Source: Calcarisporiella thermophila CBS 279.70
Lineage: Eukaryota > Fungi > Calcarisporiellomycota
Assembly: GCF_041956535.1 (NCBI RefSeq)
Contig: NW_027192204.1
Location: 682,186-734,496 of the forward strand
Reading direction: 5' to 3'
Length of the DNA stretch: 52,311 bases
Part shown: positions 35,739-48,093 of the stretch, piece by piece
Numbering within the stretch: position 1 is the stretch's first letter
How the letters are laid out: every line of letters begins with the position of its first letter
Translations under genes and position numbers: made by a program
Notes under the pieces: model-generated
What the model was told of the DNA's origin: nothing
Databases searched by the model: none
Seen by the model: the letters and a program-made list of their open reading frames with translations, nothing else

Positions 35739-38184
35739 CTCACATATCATCAAAGGTCAACCCGTTTACAGACCACGCGTCGGGGTGCTTTATGTCCACT
35801 CACAGAGTGATATCCCCGCACACATGGCTGACAAATTGGGTCATGCAGACAATAATCTCCAGCCATAAAGCTTCTGCTCCGGCAAAGTCCCTTCCATAGA
35901 AGTTGTAAGGAAATGAACTTAGCCAAGTCCAATGTCCTTAGAACCTTAGCATTGACCTTGATCCATCAAAGACCAAGCAACACCCATACGCCAAGAACAA
36001 TACAAGCATTTACCCATGAAAACCCACATTAGCTTAGTTATACTTTTATCCTTTTTACATTATTTAAGACACACGATCATTCGTCAGAATTAGATTTAGG
36101 AATGTCAATGTCACTCTTCCCTTAGTTTTCTTTAGTCAATTTCCCCTTGTCTTTAGAATAAACCTTGTCTTTATTTTTCTTTGCAAAACCAAGTGTCCTT
36201 CCTTATAGAAATGCAAACTTATCCTGGTCAATGGTCACCATTAAATCTCCAGACTCATATTCCATGCCGAGTTCTGTGTCAAATAAGTTGGCCTAGTGCC
36301 TTCAGTTGACTTTAGTTCAATTATAGCTGTTAGGGACGCGCATTGATGTTTTCCGTCTTGAACCTCAATGTGGCTGGTGGCGGATGTGCAGTTTTCAGAT
36401 GCAATCTCCACTCGAAATGACCTCTTCTTAAATTGTACGGCATTGCTGGCAGCGTGTACTGGCAACAGGTACCTCTACCCTAACTTGTGCATCGTTGGAC
36501 TTCTCATCCTCTTCGCTTTGCCAAGGCTGCAGTTCTTCAATGTAATCTCGGATCCACTTCTGCAGTTATTTCTCTAATGGGTCGAATATAACTTCATAAT
36601 CAATCGTCCGAGTGGATGTATTCGTGGGTGGGTTGTGTTTCCCAGGAGCTGGATTACTTTGTCGACCCGAAGCCATTTTTTAAGTGTTGACCAAGTGTGC
36701 ATTAACGTGTACATAATACTGCGCCTCTAGTTCCTTTTCGATATTCGAGAAGCCTTACCAGTTTACCCTATAAAGCAAAAGGACTTTCGTAAAAGAGATG
36801 GTTGGTGGTATATACTTGTCATCAAAATAAAGAGCTTTTTGTCACGTCCTGACAATGCCTTCTGGTTCCTCGAGCTCAGTTCTTTAAATTAATTTCCGTA
36901 CCATCATTAGTTTTAGCAACAAACAACCTAACAATCTCCTAGTGTTCCTGGTACAGTTCCATGTATTCAGCCTCTCACCGTTCTGAAAGGACCTTGAATT
37001 CAGCTTCTAGAATTTCATTATGACTATACTTATCAAAATTATTTCTATAAAATTATCGTATTTTGCATACTCTAGGTCTATTTGGCTATTTAAGAATTTC
37101 TCAACTATCACAATAGGCACAAGATTAGTCTTTTCCTGTTTTCCTTTCGGAATCCCTTGTCGCCCATTAGCCATATTGTTGATATGTATTATACAATATA
37201 CAGATCGGGTGAACATTAGGGAGAAAAATGGGAAGTATCAACAAAAAAGTGGAGGCAGCAGACTGTTAGGTTTCCACACCACGCGGGAACTATGGGATGC
37301 CCACAAGCAATAGTGGAACAAATTTATCCATATTTATGAATATTAACATTGCTGCCAGTCAAAGACTACGCTGGAAATTAAAATTTCTAATTTTCAATAA
37401 TTCATGAGACTGGAGATTCTTCCCAGTTCCGCAACTGGAGAGGCGTAACATTCAGGGACAAACCAACAGGAGAATCGCACGAACAAAAATCAGGTTAATT
37501 CTCATTTTGTTTATCTGTATTGAATGAAATTTTAATAGATATTGTAATTTAGGTTACTACTGCAAATATGAAAACAGGAACTTATATAAATTGTATATAT
37601 TTGATATATGTCATTGTTTAAAAAGCTAGCATTTAATTGTTAAATAATAGTTTAGACTAGGTGGTTTTAATTACTGTAACACTATCGTAGTTAATGCTAA
37701 GAAGCAGCCGCATACCCTTTTAAATATAGCAATGTAAGGAAAGGAAATAAGAAATATTGCATATTAAATGGTACAAAGTGGACTCCCCTAGTGTGCTGCG
37801 ATCATCACTACGAATATAAGCATGTGACTTTAGCTTGGTATTCTGAAAACCGGTAGGTTTTTGCCTGAAGCACTGATTGCTACTCATCTCATTAAATATA
37901 AGTGGCGATAATACTGTGATCTTGAAGACGTAATAAATGAATATGATAGCATTATCATTATAGAATTCAACTTAAATATTCTCTTTATTTTCGATTCCTT
38001 TTTTACAAAATATTATATGATCATACTCTGAAAGCCATGATAACATGTTAAAACAAGAGATAATCGGAAAATAAACTTATACATATTTATTAGCAAATAA
38101 AGGAAACTTACATCCTAACACTTATATATACTTTAGATAACATGAACCACCAGATTCTTACTAAGTTCATTTCAAATACTCCTG

Positions 38185-38445
38185 TTAACAGCCGCGGTCA
38201 TCACAACAATGGATCTCGTAATTGGCATTCCAGCGTGTGCAAGAAGGACCAGCATTGTAGCACCGGCCACATGTCCAACCTTTGTCTCGGCATATGCGGT
38301 TTGCGTAGTTATCACATACAGGGCGGCTATCCGTTCGTAAACACTGTTCAAGGAGGCAAGGGGGGTCTGCCAGTACCCCCATTGCAAACACAATAACCAT
38401 CACATAGCTAATTAGAAATAGGATATTAAAACGAATTGAATGCAT
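38185..38445 (-). CDS. Small secreted cysteine-rich protein (86 aa, 10 Cys)
   Basis: MHSIRFNILFLISYVMVIVFAMGVLA signal, then DPPCLLEQC...CGRC...HCCDDRGC*. Confidence 0.78.
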   Translation of the reverse strand: MHSIRFNILFLISYVMVIVFAMGVLADPPCLLEQCLRTDSRPVCDNYANRICRDKGWTCGRCYNAGPSCTRWNANYEIHCCDDRGC

Positions 38446-40086
38446 TGCCAAAGTAATAGTTCAGGGCTAAACAATCAAATTGTAATCGTGAGGACATAAA
38501 ACGCGGATTCTCCAAGTCTCTTTAAATACGTGTTTTTTAGGTTTTAATATCATAATGAAACTAAGGATAGCAGACTATTATACAATACCTTTTACAAGTT
38601 ATTTTATGCTATCTGAAAGTTAATTTTAGAAATGATCCGCCTTTGTAAGGGAGTCAAAGTGGCTGATATTTTGTTATTTTTCTATTTATAAGTGGACCGC
38701 TTCATTAACCTCTTCTGAATAACCATTCATATCAGTGGCGTGATTATTTTGGGCTTTGAGAGTTAAATTTGGATTTTGAAAAGTTTGAAGAGATGCAAGA
38801 TGCTCCTCAATTCGTATAATTTGTTTGAATTATTTTATAGATCTTTTCAATACCGATCATGCAGTAAAAGCTATATGCATTCCAAAAAAATATCACTCAT
38901 TCCAAGTCTAATTATAATGTGATGGCTCATAAAGAGCAATAAAAGGTTTGATTGTTAAAAAAACTCACTCTAAGCTACACTTAAGTTTACCTTTTTTACA
39001 AAGAGCAATTAACTGAGAGAATTGTAGTAATTTTTTGATAGTGACTCTGACTGGAGGAAAAAGAAAATAAATAACAGCATATTGAATGACAATTCGTTAT
39101 CGTAAGAATAAAGAGTTATAGTGTATATTCATTCGAGCGTTTACAGTGGGAATAAGTCTTATAATATAAAATATAAAATATATAAGCATTAAAATTGAAT
39201 AAAATATTAGGATTTAAAATAAAAAAGCTTATAGAGCATTAATAAACTTAAGCTACTGAATATATTCCTTATTAAAAAAATTTTTTTTCTCACTCTTTGT
39301 AGTATTTTGGAGAAACTACTGTATATTTAGAAATATACTATCAAGATGACTAAGACAAACTCATCTTGAATTCAATAAAAAAGTTAAACTACACCATTTT
39401 TACTTTGTTCTTACCTTCATATTCTTAGTCTAAACATTGAGTGATTCTTAAAACTAACTCTAATAAATGATCATGTGTTTTAAACAATGTAAAAAGGTTA
39501 AAGCCTAGATAATCCAAGTTGATTTTTCTGGGTAAATGCTTGCATTATTTTTGGTAGGTAAGAGTTGTTTGGTAGTCAATAGGTCAAGGTCGTTGCTAAG
39601 CAAAAGTTCTAAAGAAAATGACCTTGGTTAAATTTATTTCTTTACACACCAGGCTTTAAAAACTAAACCGACAATGTACTGCGACTCCTCCTTATTCTCT
39701 ATCCTAAGATAATATTCGCATCAATTTGAATTTGAAATATTAAAATTGCTAGTTACAATTCACCCACAGTTATATTAAAACAATGCATTAACCTATTTCA
39801 AATTACAATCATTAAATACATTTTCCTTAATAAACACGTGACAAACTACCACCATTATTTACACTGTAATATTGAAATGGTTTAAATATTGATGCGGGAG
39901 ATACTGTAAAATAGATTCGAGATATAAGCCAATAGAATATCTGTGCGGGGGTACAGTGCTATTCCTTGTGTATTCTTGCCACTCATTGTTGCTTAAAATT
40001 CATTACTAGCTATCTTAGTAATGTTCCAAATAGATTTATGATGGTTTAGAAAATTAGCAGACTCTTATAATACTTCGAGTAATTTT

Positions 40087-41520
40087 TCATGTGTTGTAAT
40101 AAACCTCAGTTTCCTGGTTATTTAATCCTCCACTAGCAGCTAATATCATGGGCCAGTGGGATCTGGCTCTATTAACTCCACGCCTGAGTGCAGAATTGAG
40201 CTCTGCCCAATTCGTTTCTCCTGGATCCGTTGCGTAATAATCCGTACTAATTGAGTTCAAAGGACGTATCTGTAGAGTTCTAGCAGCTTCGTCAACGTAA
40301 TCGCTAAGGTTCTTCCACCACGTATCGTACTCAGCTTCAGGTAAATTGATAATTCCGAGGTTGCGTATATTAATGACCGGAAGCCTAGTAATATATGCGG
40401 CATACGCTACTGCTTCAGCCCTGGTCGCGAGAGTTGCAGAGAGTACCTTAGCAGTTGGGCCAGCTCTTGTGCGAGAGCCATGGGTTAAAGTTTGTGCTAT
40501 TATTCCTGTTAGCAATAGCACTAAATATGAAAATTGGGCATATGCCCCGCCATTAGGAACCAGGACTAAGTTGCCCAGCACCTGCAGTACTCCATGGAGT
40601 GCAAACCCCCATGCCATCCAAGTCGGAGGTTCCCTCGCAATAATTTTACTGCGGCATAAACCTTCAATCTCATTTGATTTCCCAACTACAAGCGTCACAT
40701 CTTCTCCCAGTTGCACGGCTATGTTATTATTATCTCTTTGCACTGTTTCCAGCTGATATGAACAATCTACCGTCTTAAAGTAGAGAGTTTGTATCAGTGA
40801 ACCATAGAGCAATAATCCACCCATTGCGGTCATGAACCAATCAAGCTGCCACACTGCCACGACTTCTACTCCACATATCAACATTATTGACATAATCCAA
40901 GCGAGGGCGCCTTTAATGCTGGCTTTTTGTCTTCCAGGATGCTGAATAAATTCCTTATTCTCAGAGTCCGGCTACCATATTACAGTGCATTCCGCTCTTT
41001 TATCGCTCCATGGGCTCCCAATACCAGTATCATGCTTATCTCGTTCGATAAGGGTTTCCACCATCCCAGATTGCATCCGAACTGGCCGTTGATTAGGCAG
41101 CTTATATGTAAGACTGGGTACTTCTTCAATTAGTTTCCAAGGAGATTGTACCGTGTTTGAAAGCCGCGGTGTACGCCAGTGTTGTAACATATCAACAGTA
41201 GCTCGGACAGCTGGTAGTGCGAATCCTGGAGCTACTAATGCAGTTCGCCAGCGCCCACGACGCGAAAGTAGCGCTTCTTTACTATGCTCAATACTAAGTG
41301 CACTTGAAGCTACAGCCAATGCTCCAATGAAATCCAACTTTATAGTGCTTGGAAGCACTTCCAGCTCCATATCTTGAGCACTCACAAGGCGCATTCCCGC
41401 AAGCATGGCAACATAACCGGCCACTCTCCATACAAATTGATTCTTTGAATTTAATTGCAAGCGCGGTTGATTTCCGAAATTGATGTTGATAAGTGGTTTT
41501 GCGCTAGGTTCATTATTCAT
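40087..41520 (-). pseudogene. Uncharacterised multi-pass membrane protein gene split by a single in-frame TAG
   Basis: The two ORF-track frames are the same frame, separated only by TAG at 40972-40974 and 26 sense codons. Several hydrophobic helices. Confidence 0.6.
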
Positions 41521-43580
41521 ATTCTGAAAAATTTTTTAATATCTTTAATCTATTTGTATTCAACAAATGCTACTTACAACCGCGATATCTAATTACGCCT
41601 TGGCGCGAAAATCAAGGAATTCATAAATAAAAATAAAACTTTTCACTGTTCTTCTAATCTTTCGCGTTTCTGATGGGGTTCTATAGATTCTTTAATAGAG
41701 ACATTACGCGTATTTTATTTGTTACAATTAACACGTCTATCTACCTGTAATAAAATAAAACTCAGCTATTGAATTCCACTATTTAATTTGTACCACGTGT
41801 GACTTCATTTAAGTTTAAGATATTCCCAGAATTGCAAGACATATTATCATAAACTCTTCCGGATAAAATTGGAGAGCAGGTTAATACAGAATATATAGAA
41901 CAAGGCATTTTAATTTTAATACCTAAACAAGATTCTGAGTAGAGAGGATTAAGTGTCTTAATCAATATTCTAGGACTTTTTACCACAATGTATCCGGTAA
42001 TAGAAATAGCAGACTGAAGTGCACCTACTCTTAGGTACAAGTATTATAATATATTAATAAAAGTTGTATTATTGTATATATTCACCAACTATATTGATAT
42101 TCTGAAGTAAATCTTATATCGTAAATTCCCTCAATTCAAACAACTAAATATAGAACAAACAGGTTCTTGATCGATATAATATAGGTGTGGCTTGAATCTT
42201 CTCCAAGTTAAACGAGTTTAATTAATATTATCATCTTAACCCACATTTTAGTAATTTTTAATATTTATAATTACATTAGACCATTAAAAGTAATTAACAA
42301 TTTTCTAAAAATAAAACAAACAAGTTTAATCTAACTTATTATACTATTTACAGTATAAGAAATTTTGGTATTATAAAGAAATACAGGATCATTACGAGAT
42401 TGGTTAAAGAAAATATCACATCGATAACTATATCCCATCATTGCGTGGATTTAAAGTGATAATTTGTTATCTTATTTCCAAGATATTTTCAATTTTTGAA
42501 AGAAAGACTTTTTTTATTGCACCGAATCAACACTCTCCGAAAAACCTCTATTGAATTATTCAGCTTCGTTTCGAAAATTAAGGAATTCGTCAGTCAGCGT
42601 TATTGTTAGGTTATGAGTAAGGCAGCTCGCTAATGGATCTTATATATATGAAGATTCTTATATTTAATATAATACGGTATTATGCTCTTCTGAGGTTATC
42701 TGACGGATCAAAACTCAATGACTGGAGTAATGATTTCTGTTCGAGTTTAATATTTTACATTTCTCATTAATAAAATGAAAAATAATTATATCGACTCTGT
42801 TAGGATGGCTATATGGAATCATTTAGGGTTTAGAGTAAATATATAAATTTGAGTTGACCTTGTTAAACAAAGAGTGATAAGTTATATTGGTGAGCAGGTA
42901 CCAAAGAATAAATGTTTTATGCATGGTTTATTGAAATAAATGAAAGAAGAATGAAAATATTTTCGATATGGTTTTCATAATACACAAAATTAAATGGAGT
43001 TGATGCTGTTAAATACAATAAAATATAAATCTCATCAACGATCGATATACACTGCTAAATTTATTCTCGTAGCTAATATCTTCATCGCAAAAAAGTTTGT
43101 TTAATGTACATAATATTTAGCATTCTCGAAGCGACGGTTAATGCACCGAATAAATCAAGTTTTTATAATGGATATAACTTATAATTCCATAAATTGGGTA
43201 CTCATTAAAAAGCTTTCAACAATGGTTGTTGATTGACAAGAATCTATCCCTAAAAATTTGTCTCCTGCATTAATTCGCTGTCGTAAACGCTTCTCAGCAT
43301 AGAATCAGGTAGATAGAGAGTGAGATTATCGCAAAAAAGTTCAGGTGCATATGCCATTAGGTATGTATAAAAAATTCTAGAGGTTTTCTTTATCCAACTC
43401 CATTTCACCTGTGCTCATCAGCGCTCTAATTTAGAAGACAATGCTGTCGCTAATAATACCATTCTGAAACTTCGAGTTGAGATGTGCATCCACCAACTTG
43501 TGACCTCAAAGTGCAGAGGGTATATGTCTATCATGTAAGATTCAAGAAAAAAAAACCCTACTTTCTTCCAAACTATGCAT

Positions 43581-44333
43581 TTAGAGAATGGCGCTCTTGA
43601 TGATTCGTTGCTTTTTGGGCTGGAAAAAATGGCTCTGCTTCACTATAGCTTCAGTGTCCGGCTGTATGAATAGCCTGAGGGCCGCTTCTCCAAGTACTAT
43701 ACCGATTAAAGCCCAGGCTTCAAAATTGCTTATGTTATGCAATTGGGCGCAAAGTCTCCCAACCAGTTCCCACCACTGCCTTGGGACAGACGATGGTTGA
43801 GCACCATGAAAATATCTGGCCAAGTGTTTGATCCATGTGTAGGTATCCCCAGCTTGTGTACCACACAAGTATTTGCCAGCCGTCCAAATTGCGTCAGCTG
43901 GCAATATCACCCCACGTTCCATAGTTACCTCGTGGTTAATAGCCCAGAATAGGCCGGGAGAACCTGCGCATATCTCCAGTAGACACCAAGGTCTACTAAT
44001 CACTATCATCATAGTCTCAGTGTTGCACACTTTTCCTTTTCCAGCTAGCTTTAACCACCGCATTCCAGAATACATACAACTATGGTATAGTACTGATGAT
44101 CGTATTACTTTGAATGCTGAGCGCCATAATTTACTTCGAGCCTGAGAAGTACGAGTAAAAGAAACTGCTACGACATTTGTGTGCACTAATAGAACTGACT
44201 TTTCAATAATTGTTCTAGATGGGAGCCGTTTCATTGATCCTATTTCACCCTCATTTACTGGCAGCACAATATTTGAATTGTAAACGTCGATGGTCTCAAT
44301 GAATGGTTTAGCATAAGATGTGCAATTGAACAT
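43581..44333 (-). CDS. Hypothetical Trp-rich protein (250 aa)
   Basis: Long open frame in AT-rich context with a splice-acceptor-like TTTGTAG just upstream of the ATG. No family recognised. Confidence 0.5.
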   Translation of the reverse strand: MFNCTSYAKPFIETIDVYNSNIVLPVNEGEIGSMKRLPSRTIIEKSVLLVHTNVVAVSFTRTSQARSKLWRSAFKVIRSSVLYHSCMYSGMRWLKLAGKGKVCNTETMMIVISRPWCLLEICAGSPGLFWAINHEVTMERGVILPADAIWTAGKYLCGTQAGDTYTWIKHLARYFHGAQPSSVPRQWWELVGRLCAQLHNISNFEAWALIGIVLGEAALRLFIQPDTEAIVKQSHFFQPKKQRIIKSAIL

Positions 44334-44879
44334 AATCTACAAAAATTTTTAGCATCGAGATGATAAATGAGTTCATCAGGAGATTTACTTACTATTCCTA
44401 AATCTATTTGTATCAATTCAGTTACAATTGGAAGAATAGATAGTCGAGACTTGTTATTCTTCGCGTATCTGGTACAGTATCAAGGTCTCTTCAAGATGAG
44501 AATTACACTTTTATCTTCCAGTTGAAAATTGCCGCTCTGATTTAAAGCACTGTAATCTATCGACCCATATTTTTCATAATTTCTATATATTCGTAAATCC
44601 TAGTAACAGGTTCATAGGGAAAAAATGTCCGATTCATTTTTAATTCCAGAAAATTGGCAACGTATCTTTGAAAAAATATTTTTCAAAAATTTTGTGGCTT
44701 ATTATTTTGCCTGAATTTGTTACATATGTTACTTTCAGATCTTCTTAATCTCTGTCTACGTAGCTACGTCATCATTTATTGGATATATATACGTACATTT
44801 GAGATTGTAATAAATTAATAAGGAGTTAAATCTTTCTCTCCAACTAAAAACCCCCGTCACAGAATTCATTATCAAAGTG

Positions 44880-45740
44880 ATACGTCATCATGAATTTCTC
44901 ATAGTAGATAGTTTATATTGCGGAATCTTAGGACGAAGGAATGTTAAAATGTTTCGAAGCCAATCTTCAATGCTAGCGGATATTTGAAAGTTGAAATGCT
45001 TTAATATCAAGGAGCCCTATTATATGCTGTTGTTTTTCAATCTGTATAAAGTAAGTGGAAGTTAAATAATAATAGTGTAGGCAAAATTGAAGTGTCAGTG
45101 GTCGAGACTCTATCGACAGCTTCATCAGAGGCGATCTCCAGGAAAATGGAACTACTTGTAAGATGTTGCTTCGAGAGTTATGATCCACTTGGTAATCGCT
45201 GTCTGGGGGAATGCTTTCTAATTAAGGGCTTTAAAAAACCATCTATAATCGTTCTTTCCCCCAGAGCTTACTGTAGATTCATTTCGTCAATTCTGGCATC
45301 GACAGTACTTTAACAAAAAAGGTGGGAGTAGTAAGACACTAGAGCAACGTTTTGAAATATATTTTGACAATCCAAGCTTATTTCAGGAAGGAGTCTAAAG
45401 TTGGAAGTTAGATTATCATGTGTAGTATTTTAGTGCAATCTCGCATATGGCTCTAACACAGCAATCCAATTCATCGGAAAGTCAAAGAATCATTTTCAGC
45501 ACATTAAGGTGGCTCCAGCCTCTATTATCTCTAAGTTTTGGACCTTATGCACTTTAGTAGAGGAAGTCAAGTTTGTTCTGTTGTGAATGGCAGAGCATGC
45601 AACCGATTATACGCCAGCTATTGAATCCGGAGCCTGTGAGAGAGAAGTATTTTTAATATACTCTTCAACCGGTTCATAGTCTGTCTACAAATGTTGTTAA
45701 CGTAACCAATTCCATAGAGTACTGGAGGTCCTAGCATATT
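44880..45740 (-). repeat. Degenerate coding relic, copy 2 (paralogue of 27040-27910)
   Basis: The minus-strand frame, with stops, reads IDEMNLQ*..LEIASDEAVDRVSTTDTSILPTLLLFNFHL, colinear with copy 1. Confidence 0.75.
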
Positions 45741-45799
45741 GGTGTAAATATACTGTTATTCCATTCTGCTTTGTCCATTGGTGTAACAAGTACAGTAAC

Positions 45800-46071
45800 T
45801 GTAACAGTTTTTGAGGACTGTTAGATATCCTTATTCTTAAAGAATAGAATTCCATTCTATCTTGAATTGAATTCAGGAAAGAGGTGAGGAACAATAAACA
45901 AAAGGGAGTGATTTTAAATAGAATCTCGGGAGTATCTAAGTGGAACATTAATACACCAATAATAAATTTGTGGTCAATAAGTATATAAAAGGAAAGGTAA
46001 TTAAATAAGTAAATAATGTAAATAAGGAAGTATTATAATTAATATTATAGTGTAAATTCGGTCGTGTTACA
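45800..46071. mobile_element. Solo LTR with perfect 5-bp TSD
   Basis: GTAAC|TGTAACA...TGTTACA|GTAAC. Confidence 0.75.
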
Positions 46072-47376
46072 GTAACTAATATATGTTTAATTAATCGACA
46101 ATCGATCTCGGATATTTTTACTTAACGTATAAAATCACTTGTAGAACTTAATTACGTCTTTACCGAATCTTTAACCGAATTTTTTACGAAACGACTTTAC
46201 GTCTTTTTACGAACTTATTTTAGTGTAATAAACATTAGTATATGCCGAACCCTACTTGTGCTTATTACAGTTCCTCACGTCTTGAATTCAACAAGAATTC
46301 CGATATCTAACTGTTCCAAAAACTGTAACATCTGGGGGATTTCAATACAAATGATTATAGAACTCTGGCTAAGATTTTAGCAACTGAAATATGAATAAAA
46401 GGTTTGTTGTTTTTTCTAATTCACCTGTCCTTTTTACTTTTTTGAATGCACGTGTGGTCTCTGTGACTTCTTTGTGTTCAACTTGCTTAAATGGGTACGA
46501 ATTCTTGTCTGAGCAAAATCCCTTTGAGAATCGATTCAACGAATTTCTCTTAATGATATTCAAAGTGACAAAAGGATCTCATATTACTGTTTACATGTAC
46601 CATTATTTAATTGGAAAATGAATCATAAAATATCACTTCCGTTATAATACGACTGCCTAATATATTCGAACATCGCCCATTTCGATCTAGTGCCTAGAAA
46701 TTTCTAAGTTCCCTATAATACTGTATTTTAAAGGCATGGAACTCTGACGTACAACTCGAAACCACCAAGGATTTCAAACCCTGCAATCAATCTCCCCCAC
46801 ATGAAATTATCCTTTATTTCTCCTTTTCTGCTCAATTACTGAGTTTGTTCCTCATCTACACCCCGCATAACATACACATCGTCCTCAATAAACTGCCATG
46901 GAGCCTAACATTTGGGGTCAAAGGAGATGTGGCTTGGATATTCCTCCATTTCTGGGCGCGGCTAAAGAAAAAGGACCGTGTACCTCCCTAATCTAAGTGC
47001 GTATGAGAAAAAAAAGTGTGCTGAGTGTGGGGGCGAAGTACTTGAACCCTAAAGTCAGTAGAGTCAAAAAGTCGAGTGTGATTGGGTTAGATGTCTTAGG
47101 TTATGGCTAATTGTGCCACAAAGCATAAGCAACCAATACACAATGGAGTGACACACCGCAGTTCGAGTGCTTTAACTTGTTAAGTGAGTGCGTGTGTGTG
47201 TCACACTTGAAGCTAGTCTGACACAATCATCCCTTTTCTTTTAATTCGACCATCTTAGTTGTGGCGATCCCCTTTTTTAAAACTTGTATATAACGAGGTC
47301 TAACACTCTCTCACTGTTCGATGCTTACACTTATTCTTTATTTTTTTTATTAGCTTTCTAACATCGAATATCGACA

Positions 47377-47694
47377 ATGGGGTTATGCAGTAAGGGAGGT
47401 TGTTGGAGTTCTGCATATTCGCGCGGTAATTATTGCGAGGTGCACACTTGTCGTGGTAGCTCTTGCTTTAGGGAAAAGCCGAAACAGAGAAGCTTATGCA
47501 GTGAGTGCGAATGTAGAATAAACGGCTGCAACGAAGAAGTAGTCGGTTCTAGCTCATATTGCGGGGCACACAAGTGTATTTCCGCTGGGTGTTATAAACA
47601 CAGAGACTTTGATGAGGAAGGAGACGCAGCGAAATATTTTTCGGCACATAAGGGGCTTGTACATCAGGTCAAAGACTTTCTTTTCAGACGATAA
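47377..47694 (+). CDS. Small protein of four C-x4-C-x10-C-x2-H/C Zn-finger-like repeats
   Basis: CSKGGC..YCEVH / CRGSSC..LCSEC / CRINGC..YCGAH / CISAGC..YFSAH (last repeat longer and degenerate). No signal peptide. Confidence 0.65.
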   Translation: MGLCSKGGCWSSAYSRGNYCEVHTCRGSSCFREKPKQRSLCSECECRINGCNEEVVGSSSYCGAHKCISAGCYKHRDFDEEGDAAKYFSAHKGLVHQVKDFLFRR

Positions 47695-47964
47695 AGATGC
47701 CCTGAGACATACAGTAGGCCGCATGGGTGTTTGAGCAATTCGTGTGTTTTGCTTAACACGCGTATATTTCCTACATTTATCGTAGCTATGGTTTGAAACT
47801 ATATTAATATAAATAGCAGATCTAGCCTTTTCAACCATGTGCAGGCACTTCCAAATTAGTAGTTATAACATGGTCAAATCCCCTTTCACCACAATTATTT
47901 CGGCATCTCCTCATAAAAGAGGGATGGGAAAGTTAGTATAAAAAATTAGAGTCTACGACCTTTT

Positions 47965-48093
47965 TTGGATACAGTATGTCGAATCAACGAGGGGCTTGAT
48001 GCTCAACATTACTGTAAGATTCTCAGCGAAGAATATACATGGACATTGGAACATCATAAGCTCAATAAGTCGAAAGTGATATTCCAACACGAA
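47965..48093 (+). mobile_element. Tc1-type transposase DDE-domain fragment
   Basis: CRINEGLDAQHYCKILSEE..L...VIFQHE resembles the Tc1 segment preceding the second catalytic Asp. Confidence 0.7.

Noticed and set aside
36240-36990. Possible decayed coding sequence
   Set aside because: It looks coding-like in composition, but no frame gave a recognisable motif.
16324-40974. Stop-codon reassignment (TAG as sense), suggested by in-frame TAGs in three disrupted genes
   Set aside because: Intact genes (GFA, MFS ending FRFAL*, SDR) terminate on TAG at family-typical positions, and the disrupted genes also contain frameshifts and TAA/TGA stops.
47968-47984. GATACAGTATGTCGAAT as a third copy of the terminal repeat
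   Set aside because: It is a 15/17 match, but it lies at the edge of a Tc1 coding fragment and is largely explained by the common TACAGTA core; it cannot be distinguished from chance.
35033-48093. One Tc1 transposase split by a 12.5-kb insertion (35466 joined to 47965)
   Set aside because: The two pieces overlap in the RIDGALNA / RINEGLDA segment and differ in sequence, so they come from different copies.
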